Source: Patescibacteria group bacterium
Lineage (GTDB): Bacteria > Patescibacteriota > Minisyncoccia > UBA6257 > Colwellbacteraceae
Length of the DNA: 64,000 bases
Assembly (NCBI GenBank): GCA_022705565.1
Contig: JAKJEF010000001.1
Location: 11,748 to 75,747 of the forward strand
Reading direction: 5' to 3'
Part shown: piece by piece, positions 54,020 through 63,096 of the stretch
Layout of the letters: each line of letters begins with the position of its first letter
How positions within the stretch are numbered: the first letter of the stretch is position 1
Position numbers and translations under genes: made by a program
The notes under the pieces: model-generated
What the model was told of the DNA's origin: nothing
The model's input: the letters and a program-made list of their open reading frames with translations, nothing else
Databases searched by the model: none

Positions 54020-54550
54020 TTATTCGTCGATCTCCCCGAGTTTTTCTTTGATTAGACGGTCGACTTCTTCGTTGAACTTGTCGACTCTTTTCTGCAACTC
54101 GTCCTTTTGCTTGAATTTTTGGTCTTCGGGAAAAGTGTTGATTATCTTTTGCGCTTTGTCTCTTTCGAGACGCATTTTTATCCGGTTTTCCTCGGCCAAT
54201 GATTTGACGAGTTTGGCGAGCTCTTCGCGCCGTTCTTCGGTGAGGCTCGGAAGAGCCACCCTGATGACAGCGCTGTCAGCGGAAACGCTCAATCCGGAAT
54301 TGTTCTGGTTGATGGCTTTTTCTATATTCGAGAGAATACTCTTATCCCAAGGGGAAATGATAAGCTCCCTTGGAGGAACGATATTGATGGTGGCGAGCTG
54401 GTTTATGGTCATGACGTCGCCGTAAGCTTCAACTTTGACGTCTTCGACCAAGGCTGGATTCGGCCGATTGGATCTGATCTTCTGCATTTCGGATTTAAGA
54501 AAAGCGAGGATATTCTCCGAAGACGATTGGAAATCTTTTATCGGGTCCAT
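54020..54550 (-). CDS. frr: ribosome recycling factor
   Basis: Typical RRF length and motifs (RSNRPNPALVEDVKVEAYGD...). Confidence 0.9.
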   Translation of the reverse strand: MDPIKDFQSSSENILAFLKSEMQKIRSNRPNPALVEDVKVEAYGDVMTINQLATINIVPPRELIISPWDKSILSNIEKAINQNNSGLSVSADSAVIRVALPSLTEERREELAKLVKSLAEENRIKMRLERDKAQKIINTFPEDQKFKQKDELQKRVDKFNEEVDRLIKEKLGEIDE

Positions 54551-55290
54551 GATGCGGCTTGAAGCTGAAGTTTTTTGTTGGTATTGAACTGTTCGATGAA
54601 ATAAAGCCGGTGGACGAGCGCCCGGATTTTTCCGTTGTTTTTCATTTTGTCTTTGTATAATTTCATGATTTCGGATTTGACGAAAGCGCGGTAGTCGGCC
54701 AAAGATTCAAGCTCCTCGGGCACCGTGAAGTTTTTCTCGGCGATCCGCAAAGCCAATCCCGGACGGCCGAAAGAGCTTTCGGCCGCGGCCTTGGCGACAA
54801 CAGAAGAAATTCCCTTTTCTTTTTCGAGCCAAGCCGAGATTTCATCGGCTTTGACGCGGCTGAAATAAATCTTTCTGAAGCGCGAAACAAGCGTCGGCAG
54901 AAGGGTGTCTGGATTTCTCACGATCATCACGATAAGCGATTTTTCCGGCGGCTCTTCGGCGATTTTCAAGAGGGCGTTTTCGGCCTGGTTGGTCAACGAC
55001 TCCGCTTCATCTATTATAACCGATCTCGCTCCGGAGTTCACCGGTTTTTCCGAGAGGAATCGTTTCAACCTTCTTACGGCGTCGATGCCGATCGAGTCTT
55101 TTTCGTCCGGCTTCACGATAAGAAGTTCGGTCAAGGTCCGGGAATCGGGCTCGAGGCGTTTGGCGATCGATTCGGCGAAAGAGAACTTTCCCGTCTCGGA
55201 TTCTCCGAAAAAGATGTAACTTCCCGAGAGTTCTCCCGCTTTCACGAGCCTGTCGAAAAACTTCTGCTGGCGTTCGTGGCCGATGATCAT
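54538..55290 (-). CDS. holB: DNA polymerase III delta' subunit-like AAA+ protein
   Basis: GSYIFFGESETGKFSFAESIAKRL (degenerate P-loop), IDEAESLT, ALLKIAEEPP, and the SRF motif. Confidence 0.65.
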   Translation of the reverse strand: MIIGHERQQKFFDRLVKAGELSGSYIFFGESETGKFSFAESIAKRLEPDSRTLTELLIVKPDEKDSIGIDAVRRLKRFLSEKPVNSGARSVIIDEAESLTNQAENALLKIAEEPPEKSLIVMIVRNPDTLLPTLVSRFRKIYFSRVKADEISAWLEKEKGISSVVAKAAAESSFGRPGLALRIAEKNFTVPEELESLADYRAFVKSEIMKLYKDKMKNNGKIRALVHRLYFIEQFNTNKKLQLQAASWTR

Positions 55291-56304
55291 CTAGGCGGTC
55301 TTGTTGAGTAAAGTCTTCTTGTAGGTTTCGAGATGATTCAGGATCATTCCCGATCCCTTGGCGACGCACAAGATGGCGTCCTCGGCGATATAGGATTCGA
55401 CGCCCAATATCCGCGTCAAAAACTGGTCGATGTTCCGCAGATCGGCGCCGCCGCCGGAGATGATAATGCCTTTTTCCATGATGTCCGCCACCAATTCCGG
55501 CGGAGTTTCGTTGAAAACATTCTGCACCGAGCCGGCGATTTCAAGCAGGAGCGGATTCAAAGCTTCGGCGATTTCGTTCGAATTGACGACCACGTCTTTC
55601 GGAAGCCCGGAAACCAGATCTCGGCCGCGGATCTCGAACTCCAAACGGGTGTTTTTGATGGGAACGGCCGATCCGACCGCGATTTTGGCCGCCTCGGCCG
55701 TCTGTTCTCCGATGGCCAAAGAATATTTCTTTTTGATGAAATCGATGATGGCCTGATCGAATTTGTTTCCGGCGATCCGGAGGCTAGACCAGCAGACAAT
55801 GCTTCCCAAAGAAATGACCGCCACTTCGCTTGTTCCTCCGCCGATGTTGACAGTCATGTTTCCCGAAGAAGAATTAATCGGAATTCCGGCTCCGAGAGCG
55901 GCGAGAAGGGGTTCCCTCACCACATAGGCGTTTTTGGCTCCGGCTTCGATGGCCGCGTTGATCACCGCCCGGCGTTCGGTCGGCGTGATTCCGGCCGGCA
56001 CCGAGATAACGACATCCGGTTTCACCAAATTGAAAGATCCGATCGCCTGGTTGATGAAATACTTAAGCATCGCCCTCGTAATGTAATAATCGGCAATGAC
56101 TCCGTCTTTCAAGGGCCTGTAGGCGGCGATATCTCCAGGGGTACGGCCGATCATTTCCTTGGCTTCCTTACCCACGGCTAGAACCTTGTTTTCCGGCAAG
56201 CTTAAAGCGACGATGGTCGGCTCGTTGATGGCAAAACCCTTTCCTGGAACAAAAACCACGGTATTCGTGGTTCCCAAATCTATCCCTATCTGCCTGGTTA
56301 ACAT
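55291..56304 (-). CDS. second MreB/Mbl-type actin-like protein
   Basis: IGIDLGTTNTVVFV...EPTIVAL and full actin-fold motifs. Clearly distinct from mreB at 50775..51818. Confidence 0.8.
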   Translation of the reverse strand: MLTRQIGIDLGTTNTVVFVPGKGFAINEPTIVALSLPENKVLAVGKEAKEMIGRTPGDIAAYRPLKDGVIADYYITRAMLKYFINQAIGSFNLVKPDVVISVPAGITPTERRAVINAAIEAGAKNAYVVREPLLAALGAGIPINSSSGNMTVNIGGGTSEVAVISLGSIVCWSSLRIAGNKFDQAIIDFIKKKYSLAIGEQTAEAAKIAVGSAVPIKNTRLEFEIRGRDLVSGLPKDVVVNSNEIAEALNPLLLEIAGSVQNVFNETPPELVADIMEKGIIISGGGADLRNIDQFLTRILGVESYIAEDAILCVAKGSGMILNHLETYKKTLLNKTA

Positions 56305-56366
56305 AGAACCATATTAGCTTAAGAAGATTCGGCTGTCTATCGGATGGCCGAGGAAAACGGTTATTT

Positions 56367-57146
56367 TCAAGTGAGTATTTTCGGGCCGGATTTCAAAATA
56401 ACGATGGTATGCTCGAATTGAGCCGCCAATCCTCCGCGCTTTAGCCGATAACTCCCGTCCGGAGCGGCTGCGATCTCCGGATAGCCGATGCAAAACATCG
56501 GCTCCAATGCCAAAACCATACCTTCTTTGAGAATAAGTCCGCTTCCGGGATCTCCGTAATTCTCGATCATCGGATCTTCGTGCGGCGCGAATCCCACTCC
56601 GTGTCCGCCCAATCCCTCAACAACGTTGAATCCGTAACGCAAAGCGGTTTTTTCGATAACCGAACCGATGTCTCCGAGGGTCCGGCCGGGTTTGGCGATC
56701 TTAATGGCGCGCATCAAAGCCTCTTCGGTCGCTCTGACGAGCAATTTGGTTTTCGGAGAGGACTTGCCAGCGATCACGGTAACAGCCGCATCCGTGAAAT
56801 AGCCGTTCAAGTTAATGCCGAGGTCGAGCTTCACTAAATCACCTGACTTGATGATGTAATCGTTCGGCACTCCGTGAACCACGGTCTCGTTTACGGAAAC
56901 GCAAACGCTTGCCGGAAAAGCCCTGATCGCTCCTTCGGGCCGGTAATTCAAGAAAGAAGGTTTGGCTTTGGCCGAGGCGATCAGTTCCCGGGAAAGGAGA
57001 TCGATCTCTTTTGTTTTCACGCCGGGCTTGACCGAAGATCTCAAACGCGCCAAAACCGCCCTCAAAATCCTGCCGGATTTGGCGAGTTCCTCGATATCCT
57101 CTTTGTCTTTAAGCCTGATTTTCAAAACCTTGCTATAGGCGGCCAA
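56367..57146 (-). CDS. map: type I methionine aminopeptidase
   Basis: VVHGVPNDYIIKSGDLVKLDLG...GHGVGFAPHEDP (metal ligands in context). Confidence 0.9.
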   Translation of the reverse strand: MAAYSKVLKIRLKDKEDIEELAKSGRILRAVLARLRSSVKPGVKTKEIDLLSRELIASAKAKPSFLNYRPEGAIRAFPASVCVSVNETVVHGVPNDYIIKSGDLVKLDLGINLNGYFTDAAVTVIAGKSSPKTKLLVRATEEALMRAIKIAKPGRTLGDIGSVIEKTALRYGFNVVEGLGGHGVGFAPHEDPMIENYGDPGSGLILKEGMVLALEPMFCIGYPEIAAAPDGSYRLKRGGLAAQFEHTIVILKSGPKILT

Positions 57147-57777
57147 CCGCGATCTCCACTCCCAATTTCGAAAGCGCCGCGGCGATATCCTTCCAAACTT
57201 TTTCCCGTTTCGGTTTGCCGTCGATTTGAACGACTTTTATGCCGGCTTTTTTGAAGCCTTGGATAACCGGATAGCTCAATTTTTTGTAATTCTCGTATCT
57301 CACGCGGATGATCTTGGCTTCGTCGAGCCCGGGCCGGCCGCGCTTCACGTTTCTTTTGACCGATTCGGAAACCGGAACATTGATCTGAAGGACGATGATG
57401 TTTTCCTTTCCGTAAAGTTTTTCCACGACTTTCAGGAGCCCTGTTCGCTTTTTGTTCCCGAAAATCTCGAGCACGGTGCGGAAAGAACCGCTGTAAATGA
57501 TTCCCTTTCCTTGCTTCCAAAGTTTCTTGGTCGCGGGAATGGTCAGCCGGTCGATCACCCAAAGAGGATCGACAAGCTCGCCGGAGAAAAAAGCTTTTCT
57601 CGCGGCTTCGATACCCGGAAAATCGTCGTATTTTTTCGACCGCACCATTTTTTCTATCTCGGTTCCGCCGTCGAACAAAGCGAATCCTTTGGTCGCTTTT
57701 TTAATGAAAGCCGCCTGAGTCCCTTTTCCCGAGCCCGGAGGCCCGAACAAAATAATGACTTTGGGCTGTTTTTTCAT
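57133..57777 (-). CDS. adk: adenylate kinase family protein (divergent)
   Basis: P-loop IILFGPPGSGKGTQAA and its position directly after secY. The LID/NMP regions are divergent. Confidence 0.55.
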   Translation of the reverse strand: MKKQPKVIILFGPPGSGKGTQAAFIKKATKGFALFDGGTEIEKMVRSKKYDDFPGIEAARKAFFSGELVDPLWVIDRLTIPATKKLWKQGKGIIYSGSFRTVLEIFGNKKRTGLLKVVEKLYGKENIIVLQINVPVSESVKRNVKRGRPGLDEAKIIRVRYENYKKLSYPVIQGFKKAGIKVVQIDGKPKREKVWKDIAAALSKLGVEIAVGRL

Positions 57778-59111
57778 TAGGCGATTTCGTATTCCCTGAT
57801 CTTCAGCTCCGAATCTATCTGTTTGGCGGTCTCGAGAGCCACGGAAACGACGATCAAAAGACCGGTGCCGCCGATCGTCATGTTGGCGACCTTGGTGATC
57901 CCTTGGACGATCGAAGGAAGAACGGCGATGATGCCGAGGAAGAGTGCTCCGAACAAAGTCAGTTTGGCGATGATCGAGTTCAGGTATTCGGCGGTGGAAG
58001 CACCCGGCCTGATGCCCTGGATAAACCCTCCGTTCCTTTGGAGATTTTTGGCTATTTCATTCGGCTCGAAAACGATGAAGGTGTAAAAATAAGTGAAGGC
58101 GAAAACCATGACAAAATAAAGGAGGCCGTTCCAAAGTGGATTGGCGAGAGTGGCTTCGATGAAATCGGCTACCTTTATCGCCCAGCCCGCGTCCAAAGAC
58201 CTAAGTCCCAGTCCGAGATACTGCGGCAACATCAATATGGAAATGGCGAAGATGATCGGAATAACTCCGGCTTGGTTCACCCTCAAAGGAAGATAAGTGG
58301 TCGATCCCCCGAAAACCCGGTTGCCCCGCACTCTTTTGGCGTAAGCCACCGGTATTTTCCGTTCGCCTTCGTTCACCAAAACGACTCCGGCGACGACAAC
58401 CAAGGCCAAAGCCAAAAGAATCAGAATCTTATCAATGCCTATGCCGAGAAAACTGCCGGTCGACTGATATCGGCCGATCATCATCAGAACCTGTCCGATG
58501 ACGGAACGCGGCAAGCCGCTAACGATTCCGGCGACGATAATCAGGGAAACTCCGTCTCCCAATTTCTGTTCGCTGATCATCTCTCCGATCCAGATCATGA
58601 TGAGCGATCCGGCGACGATAAAAAGCAGATTCAAAGCCAGGGCCGGCAATTCCATGGGAGCGATGATACCGCCGCCCTGGGCCGAAAGATATTTGAGAAA
58701 AGCGAATCCCTGGACCAAAGCCAGCGGAACCGTGAGATAACGGCCGAGCCGCTGGAACTTGGCCCGTCCGATGGCTCCGTTTTCGTAATAATATTCCTTG
58801 AGCTTCGGGAAAATCATAGTAAGGAGCTGAAGAATGATGGTGGCGGTGATATAGGGGCTCACTCCGAGCATGCCGATCGACAGTTTGTCCAAAGCACCTC
58901 CGGAAATAAGATTCAAATACCCGAAAATATTCCCAAAGAGAGCGCGGTTGACCGCTCCTTCCTCAGCCAGACCGGCTTTGTATTCAGTAATATCAACCGC
59001 CGGAATTGGAAGCATGACGATGATTCTCGTCGCCACGAGTAACAAAATCACCATAAGGAACCGGCGGCGGAGCTCCGGCACTTTCAGAAACTGAACGAAT
59101 TTATTTAGCAT
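57777..59111 (-). CDS. secY: preprotein translocase subunit SecY
   Basis: 10-TM topology. Conserved N-terminus ELRRRFLMVILLLVATRIIVMLPIPAVD and C-terminal motifs. Confidence 0.9.
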   Translation of the reverse strand: MLNKFVQFLKVPELRRRFLMVILLLVATRIIVMLPIPAVDITEYKAGLAEEGAVNRALFGNIFGYLNLISGGALDKLSIGMLGVSPYITATIILQLLTMIFPKLKEYYYENGAIGRAKFQRLGRYLTVPLALVQGFAFLKYLSAQGGGIIAPMELPALALNLLFIVAGSLIMIWIGEMISEQKLGDGVSLIIVAGIVSGLPRSVIGQVLMMIGRYQSTGSFLGIGIDKILILLALALVVVAGVVLVNEGERKIPVAYAKRVRGNRVFGGSTTYLPLRVNQAGVIPIIFAISILMLPQYLGLGLRSLDAGWAIKVADFIEATLANPLWNGLLYFVMVFAFTYFYTFIVFEPNEIAKNLQRNGGFIQGIRPGASTAEYLNSIIAKLTLFGALFLGIIAVLPSIVQGITKVANMTIGGTGLLIVVSVALETAKQIDSELKIREYEIA

Positions 59112-59295
59112 CGTGTTTGCCGCGAAGTTTTGGCAACCTTTGGATAAAGTCGCGTTCGGCCGGACGAATCTTGTGACCGGCTCTCGATTTCTGGCCTTTC
59201 TGTCCCCGGCCTCCGGTTTTACCCCGTTTTCCTCCGCGTCCGATTCTCTTTTTCTCCGGATTCTCGTGGGTTGTTCGCAAAAGATGTAATTGCAT
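59101..59295 (-). CDS. rplO: 50S ribosomal protein L15, unusually short (64 aa; N-terminal region only)
   Basis: GRGGKRGKTGGRGQKGQKSRAGHK matches the L15 Gly-rich N-region. The stop overlaps the secY start (ATGCTAAATAA). Confidence 0.6.
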   Translation of the reverse strand: MQLHLLRTTHENPEKKRIGRGGKRGKTGGRGQKGQKSRAGHKIRPAERDFIQRLPKLRGKHDAK

Positions 59296-59298
59296 GGA

Positions 59299-59769
59299 TT
59301 AAGAAGAAACTTTGACGGTTTTTATTTTTTTCAAAGCGGCGATGGTCGCCATGGCGGTCGTCAATTTATTCTTGGTGCTGCCAAGAGACTTCGCGGAAAT
59401 GTCCTTGATGCCCGAGAGAAGTAAAACCGTTCGGACCGCGCCTCCGGCCAAAAGTCCGTGTCCGGGCTTGGCCGGCTTGAGAAGCACTTCGGCGGCGCTC
59501 GCTTTGGCCTTCACTTCGTGTGGAATGGTACCGCCTTGAATTTTAACGCGGAAAAGATTCTTTTTGGCCGCGGTCCTGGCTTTTTGCACGGCCTGCTGAA
59601 CATCCAATCCTTTGGCCACACCGAGTCCGACAGACCCTTTGCCGTCGCCGACAACAACCGTTGCCCTGAATCTGAATCTCTTGCCTCCGGCGACTACCCT
59701 TGTCACGCGGCGCAGATCAAGCACCTGATCCTCGAATTCGTCCCTGATTGTTCTTCTGTAACCGTTCAT
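59299..59769 (-). CDS. rpsE: 30S ribosomal protein S5
   Basis: VTRVVAGGKRFRFRATVVVGDGKGSVGLGVAK. Only a 3-nt gap to rplO, so no rpmD is present. Confidence 0.9.
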   Translation of the reverse strand: MNGYRRTIRDEFEDQVLDLRRVTRVVAGGKRFRFRATVVVGDGKGSVGLGVAKGLDVQQAVQKARTAAKKNLFRVKIQGGTIPHEVKAKASAAEVLLKPAKPGHGLLAGGAVRTVLLLSGIKDISAKSLGSTKNKLTTAMATIAALKKIKTVKVSS

Positions 59770-59773
59770 TGTT

Positions 59774-60103
59774 TTATATTTCGGCGACCTGCTTCACCCG
59801 GCCGTGATATTTGTAAGCTCCCCTGTCGAAAACCATTTTGGAAACGCCTATTTTTTTGGCTTTCTCGGCTATCAACTCTCCGAGCTTCATAGCTCTTTCC
59901 GATTTGGTTCCTTTAAAATCCAATTCTTTGGTCGAAGCCGAAACCAAAGTGACGCCTTTGACGTCGTCGATCGCCTGCAGAAAAATGTTCCGGTTTCCTC
60001 TTTTGACCGACAAACGCGGCATCGAGGCCGTCCCCCTGATCTTACTCCGGGTTCTCGCCTGCCTTCTCGTTACTCTTTGGTTTTGAAGTTTGACTGGTTT
60101 CAT
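59774..60103 (-). CDS. rplR: 50S ribosomal protein L18
   Basis: PRLSVKRGNRNIFLQAIDD...MVFDRGAYKYHGRVKQVAE. Confidence 0.85.
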   Translation of the reverse strand: MKPVKLQNQRVTRRQARTRSKIRGTASMPRLSVKRGNRNIFLQAIDDVKGVTLVSASTKELDFKGTKSERAMKLGELIAEKAKKIGVSKMVFDRGAYKYHGRVKQVAEI

Positions 60104-60111
60104 TTGGATGA

Positions 60112-60666
60112 TTAAGCGGCTTTGGCGGTCGTACCCGCGACTTTCTTGCCCGCCTTTCTTCTCACGACTTCGTCGACGTACATCACGCCTTTGCCGAGAT
60201 AAGGTTCGGGTTTCTTGAACGAACGGATTTTAGCCGCGGTTTCTCCGACCAAGAACTTATCGGCTCCGGCGACGGTGATGATGTTTTTGTCGACGGACGC
60301 CTTGATTCCTTTCGGCAGCGCCAAGACAATCGGATGGGAAAAACCGAGATTCAAAACCAGGTTTTCTCCGTCAACCGACGCCTTGAATCCGATACCTTCG
60401 ATTTTTAAAGCCTTGGAAAAATCTTTGGCCGCTCCGGATACGGCGTTCGCGGTCAAAGCCCGCATCGTGCCCCAGTTGGCTCGGGTTTTGTCGGAACGAT
60501 CCGTCGCCGTAAAAACAATCTCGTCTTCCTTGATTTCGGCCGCGACTCCCGGAAGCATTTTCACCTCGAGGTCGGCGTTCGGCCCGGAAAGCTTCAAAAC
60601 GCCGTCTCCCATGGAAGCTTTCACTCCTTCGATCATCTTCACCGGTTGTTTTCCGATCTTAGACAT
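60112..60666 (-). CDS. rplF: 50S ribosomal protein L6
   Basis: MSKIGKQPVKMIEGVKASM...; start set at MSKIG. Confidence 0.85.
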   Translation of the reverse strand: MSKIGKQPVKMIEGVKASMGDGVLKLSGPNADLEVKMLPGVAAEIKEDEIVFTATDRSDKTRANWGTMRALTANAVSGAAKDFSKALKIEGIGFKASVDGENLVLNLGFSHPIVLALPKGIKASVDKNIITVAGADKFLVGETAAKIRSFKKPEPYLGKGVMYVDEVVRRKAGKKVAGTTAKAA

Positions 60667-60671
60667 GTTGA

Positions 60672-61052
60672 TTACCAAATTTCGAATAAAATCTCTCCGC
60701 CGACTTTTTGCTTTCTCGCTTCAGCGTCGTTCAAAATCCCTTTCGGGGTCGAGAAAAAATAATTGCCGTATCCCTGGTGGGAAGGCCTGATTTCCTTGTA
60801 TCCGCGATAAAGCCTTCTCGAAGGCTTGCTCCAAAGTTTGATCTCGGAGAAAACCGGATTGCCTTTGTCTTCCTTGAGTTCGATGGCAATGACTTTTTTC
60901 AGGCTCCTTCCTTTTTTCTCGACGGAAGCGAGATAGCCGGCTCTGACCAAAGCTTCGAGAACCGCCATGTCCATTTTCGAAAAAGGAACCTTCAAAGATT
61001 TTTTTCCGGCGAGCTTCGCGTTTTTGATTTTTACGAGAGTCTGTATATACAT
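60672..61052 (-). CDS. rpsH: 30S ribosomal protein S8
   Basis: PSRRLYRGYKEI...GGEILFEIW. Confidence 0.9.
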   Translation of the reverse strand: MYIQTLVKIKNAKLAGKKSLKVPFSKMDMAVLEALVRAGYLASVEKKGRSLKKVIAIELKEDKGNPVFSEIKLWSKPSRRLYRGYKEIRPSHQGYGNYFFSTPKGILNDAEARKQKVGGEILFEIW

Positions 61053-61053
61053 T

Positions 61054-61239
61054 TTACCAAGACGCTTTTCTCACTCCCGGAATCTGGCCTTTGGAAGCCA
61101 TTTCGCGGAAACAAATCCGGCAAAGCCCGAAATCGCGCAGATATCCGTGCTTGCGGCCGCAGCGAAAACACCGCCTGACTTCGCGGGTGCTGAATTTCGG
61201 CTTTTTGCACGCTCTGGCTATGACTGATTCTTTGGCCAT
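61054..61239 (-). CDS. rpsZ: 30S ribosomal protein S14, zinc-binding type Z (61 aa)
   Basis: [20 protein letters not shown]. Confidence 0.85.
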   Translation of the reverse strand: MAKESVIARACKKPKFSTREVRRCFRCGRKHGYLRDFGLCRICFREMASKGQIPGVRKASW

Positions 61240-61248
61240 TTTCTTATT

Positions 61249-61794
61249 TTACTTTGCTAATGGTATCCCTTGTGACCTATAAAAATCAATAGCTTTTTCC
61301 TTATTTTTCAGGCGGCTGACGAGCGTCACTTCGATGCCGAAATTGACGCGGCTCGTTTCCGGGTTTATTTCGGGAAAAACCAACTGGTCCCTGAACCCGA
61401 AAGACAAATTGCCGTTTTGGTCGATGCTCTTCGGGCTCAATCCCCTGAAGTCTCTCACCCGCGGCAAGACGACGTTCACCACCCTCGAAAGGAAATCGTT
61501 CATCCTTTTTCCCCTCAAAACCGCTTTCAGGCCGACGACTTCTCCTTGGCGAACCTTGAATCCGGCGATGGATTTTTTCGCTTTGGTGATCGCCGGTTTC
61601 TGTCCGGTGATGGCGGCGAATTCCTTCATGATCTCCGGCAAAGCTTTTTCCTCGAACTGCGGGCTCGCAAGCCTCAATTTGCCGACGCCGGCGGAGACGA
61701 TGATTTTTTCTAAATAGTCGCTTTGCATTTTTTGCAGTATCTTATTTTTTTGTCTTTCTCGATCCGGTATCCGACCCGGCTCTTCTTTCCGCAT
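61249..61794 (-). CDS. rplE: 50S ribosomal protein L5 (start uncertain; overlaps rplX 3' end)
   Basis: LEKIIVSAGVGK...PEIMKEFAAITGQKP... Either the 61794 or the 61728 start overlaps the rplX coding region (by 85 or 19 nt). Confidence 0.8.
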   Translation of the reverse strand: MRKEEPGRIPDRERQKNKILQKMQSDYLEKIIVSAGVGKLRLASPQFEEKALPEIMKEFAAITGQKPAITKAKKSIAGFKVRQGEVVGLKAVLRGKRMNDFLSRVVNVVLPRVRDFRGLSPKSIDQNGNLSFGFRDQLVFPEINPETSRVNFGIEVTLVSRLKNKEKAIDFYRSQGIPLAK

Positions 61795-62015
61795 TTAGGA
61801 CAGACGAGCATGGCGTTCGAGATATCGATCGGCCTCGAAATCGTGACAAACTGGCCTTTCTCGCCTTCTTTTTTCGGTTTGACCGCTTTCTTGTACTGGT
61901 TGATTCCGGAAACGACGATTCTCTCGAGTTTGGAATCGACTTTGAGGACCTTGCCGGATTTGCCGGCATCCTTTCCCTTAAGTATGTAAACGTTGTCGTT
62001 TTTCTTGATGTTCAT
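61710..62015 (-). CDS. rplX: 50S ribosomal protein L24 with a C-terminal C4 zinc-ribbon-like motif
   Basis: KOW region ILKGKDAGKSGKV. The C-terminus reads CPKCGKKSRVGYRIEKDKKIRYCKKC where E. coli has [26 protein letters not shown]. Confidence 0.85.
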   Translation of the reverse strand: MNIKKNDNVYILKGKDAGKSGKVLKVDSKLERIVVSGINQYKKAVKPKKEGEKGQFVTISRPIDISNAMLVCPKCGKKSRVGYRIEKDKKIRYCKKCKATI

Positions 62016-62019
62016 GGTC

Positions 62020-62388
62020 TTAAACTATTTCCTGGGCCAGAGAAACGATTTTCTCGAATCCTTTTTCCTTAAGCTCCCTCGGGATCGGTCCGAAGATTCT
62101 CGTTCCCAAAGGCTCTTTTTTGACGCTCACGATCACCGCCGAGTTGTCGTCGAAACGGACATAGAGTCCGCCTTTCCTTCTCAAAGCGTTTTTGGTGCGG
62201 ACGATGACGGCTTTGACGATATCCTTTTTCTTGATGTTCTTGCGGGGTTCGACGGTCTGCACCGAAGCGACGATGATGTCGCCGATCTTGGCGTAACGCT
62301 TGCGGCTTCCGCCCAAAACCCGAAAACACCGGATGGTCTTCGCTCCGGAATTGTCCGCCACTTTCAAAATGGATCTTTCCTGAATCAT
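62020..62388 (-). CDS. rplN: 50S ribosomal protein L14
   Basis: [17 protein letters not shown]... Confidence 0.9.
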   Translation of the reverse strand: MIQERSILKVADNSGAKTIRCFRVLGGSRKRYAKIGDIIVASVQTVEPRKNIKKKDIVKAVIVRTKNALRRKGGLYVRFDDNSAVIVSVKKEPLGTRIFGPIPRELKEKGFEKIVSLAQEIV

Positions 62389-62389
62389 A

Positions 62390-62653
62390 TTAGTCTTTTT
62401 TGGAAACGACTTTCCAATGTTTTTCTTTGGAAAGGGGTATGGTCTCTTCGATCACGACCTTGTCTCCGATCTTGTAAAGGCCGTCTTCGGCCTCGGCCTT
62501 GAAACGGCTGTTTTTGGTGTAATATTTCTGGTATTTCGGATTTTTGCGGGTATGGGCCACCTCGACCACCACGGTCTTTTTCATTTTGTCCGAAACGACG
62601 ACTCCCGCGAATCTGCGGCGAGAACTGATTTTTTGAATGTTGTTTTCTTCCAT
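62390..62653 (-). CDS. rpsQ: 30S ribosomal protein S17
   Basis: [21 protein letters not shown]. Only 10 nt from the rplP stop, so no rpmC lies between them. Confidence 0.9.
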   Translation of the reverse strand: MEENNIQKISSRRRFAGVVVSDKMKKTVVVEVAHTRKNPKYQKYYTKNSRFKAEAEDGLYKIGDKVVIEETIPLSKEKHWKVVSKKD

Positions 62654-62663
62654 GTTTTTAAAA

Positions 62664-63077
62664 TTAGGATTTTTTGATGATTCTCGTCTTGAACGGAAGC
62701 TTGAATCCGGCGAGCTTCAAGGCGCGTTCGGCCGTTGCCTCGCTCACTCCGTCCATCTCGAAAATCACTCTTCCGGGTTTGACCGAAAAAACATAATGGT
62801 CGACATTTCCCTTGCCTCCGCCCATGGTCACCTCCGGAGGCCTTTGGGTGACGGGTTTGTCCGGAAAAACCCGGATCCATATCTTTCCTTCCCTTTTGAT
62901 GAAATTGGTCAAAGTCTTTCTCGCCGCTTCGATCTGTTTGGAATTCAGATATTTGGCTTCCAAGGCTTGCAGCCCAAAACTCCCGTGGCTCAAAGTCAGG
63001 CCGCGGGTCTCGGCCTGCCGCTTCCGCGACCGGCCTTTCTGCCATTTGCGATGTTTTACTTTTTTGGGAATAAGCAT
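62664..63077 (-). CDS. rplP: 50S ribosomal protein L16
   Basis: MLIPKKVKHRKWQKGR... Confidence 0.9.
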   Translation of the reverse strand: MLIPKKVKHRKWQKGRSRKRQAETRGLTLSHGSFGLQALEAKYLNSKQIEAARKTLTNFIKREGKIWIRVFPDKPVTQRPPEVTMGGGKGNVDHYVFSVKPGRVIFEMDGVSEATAERALKLAGFKLPFKTRIIKKS

Positions 63078-63096
63078 GGAAGTTCAGATGGGTATT

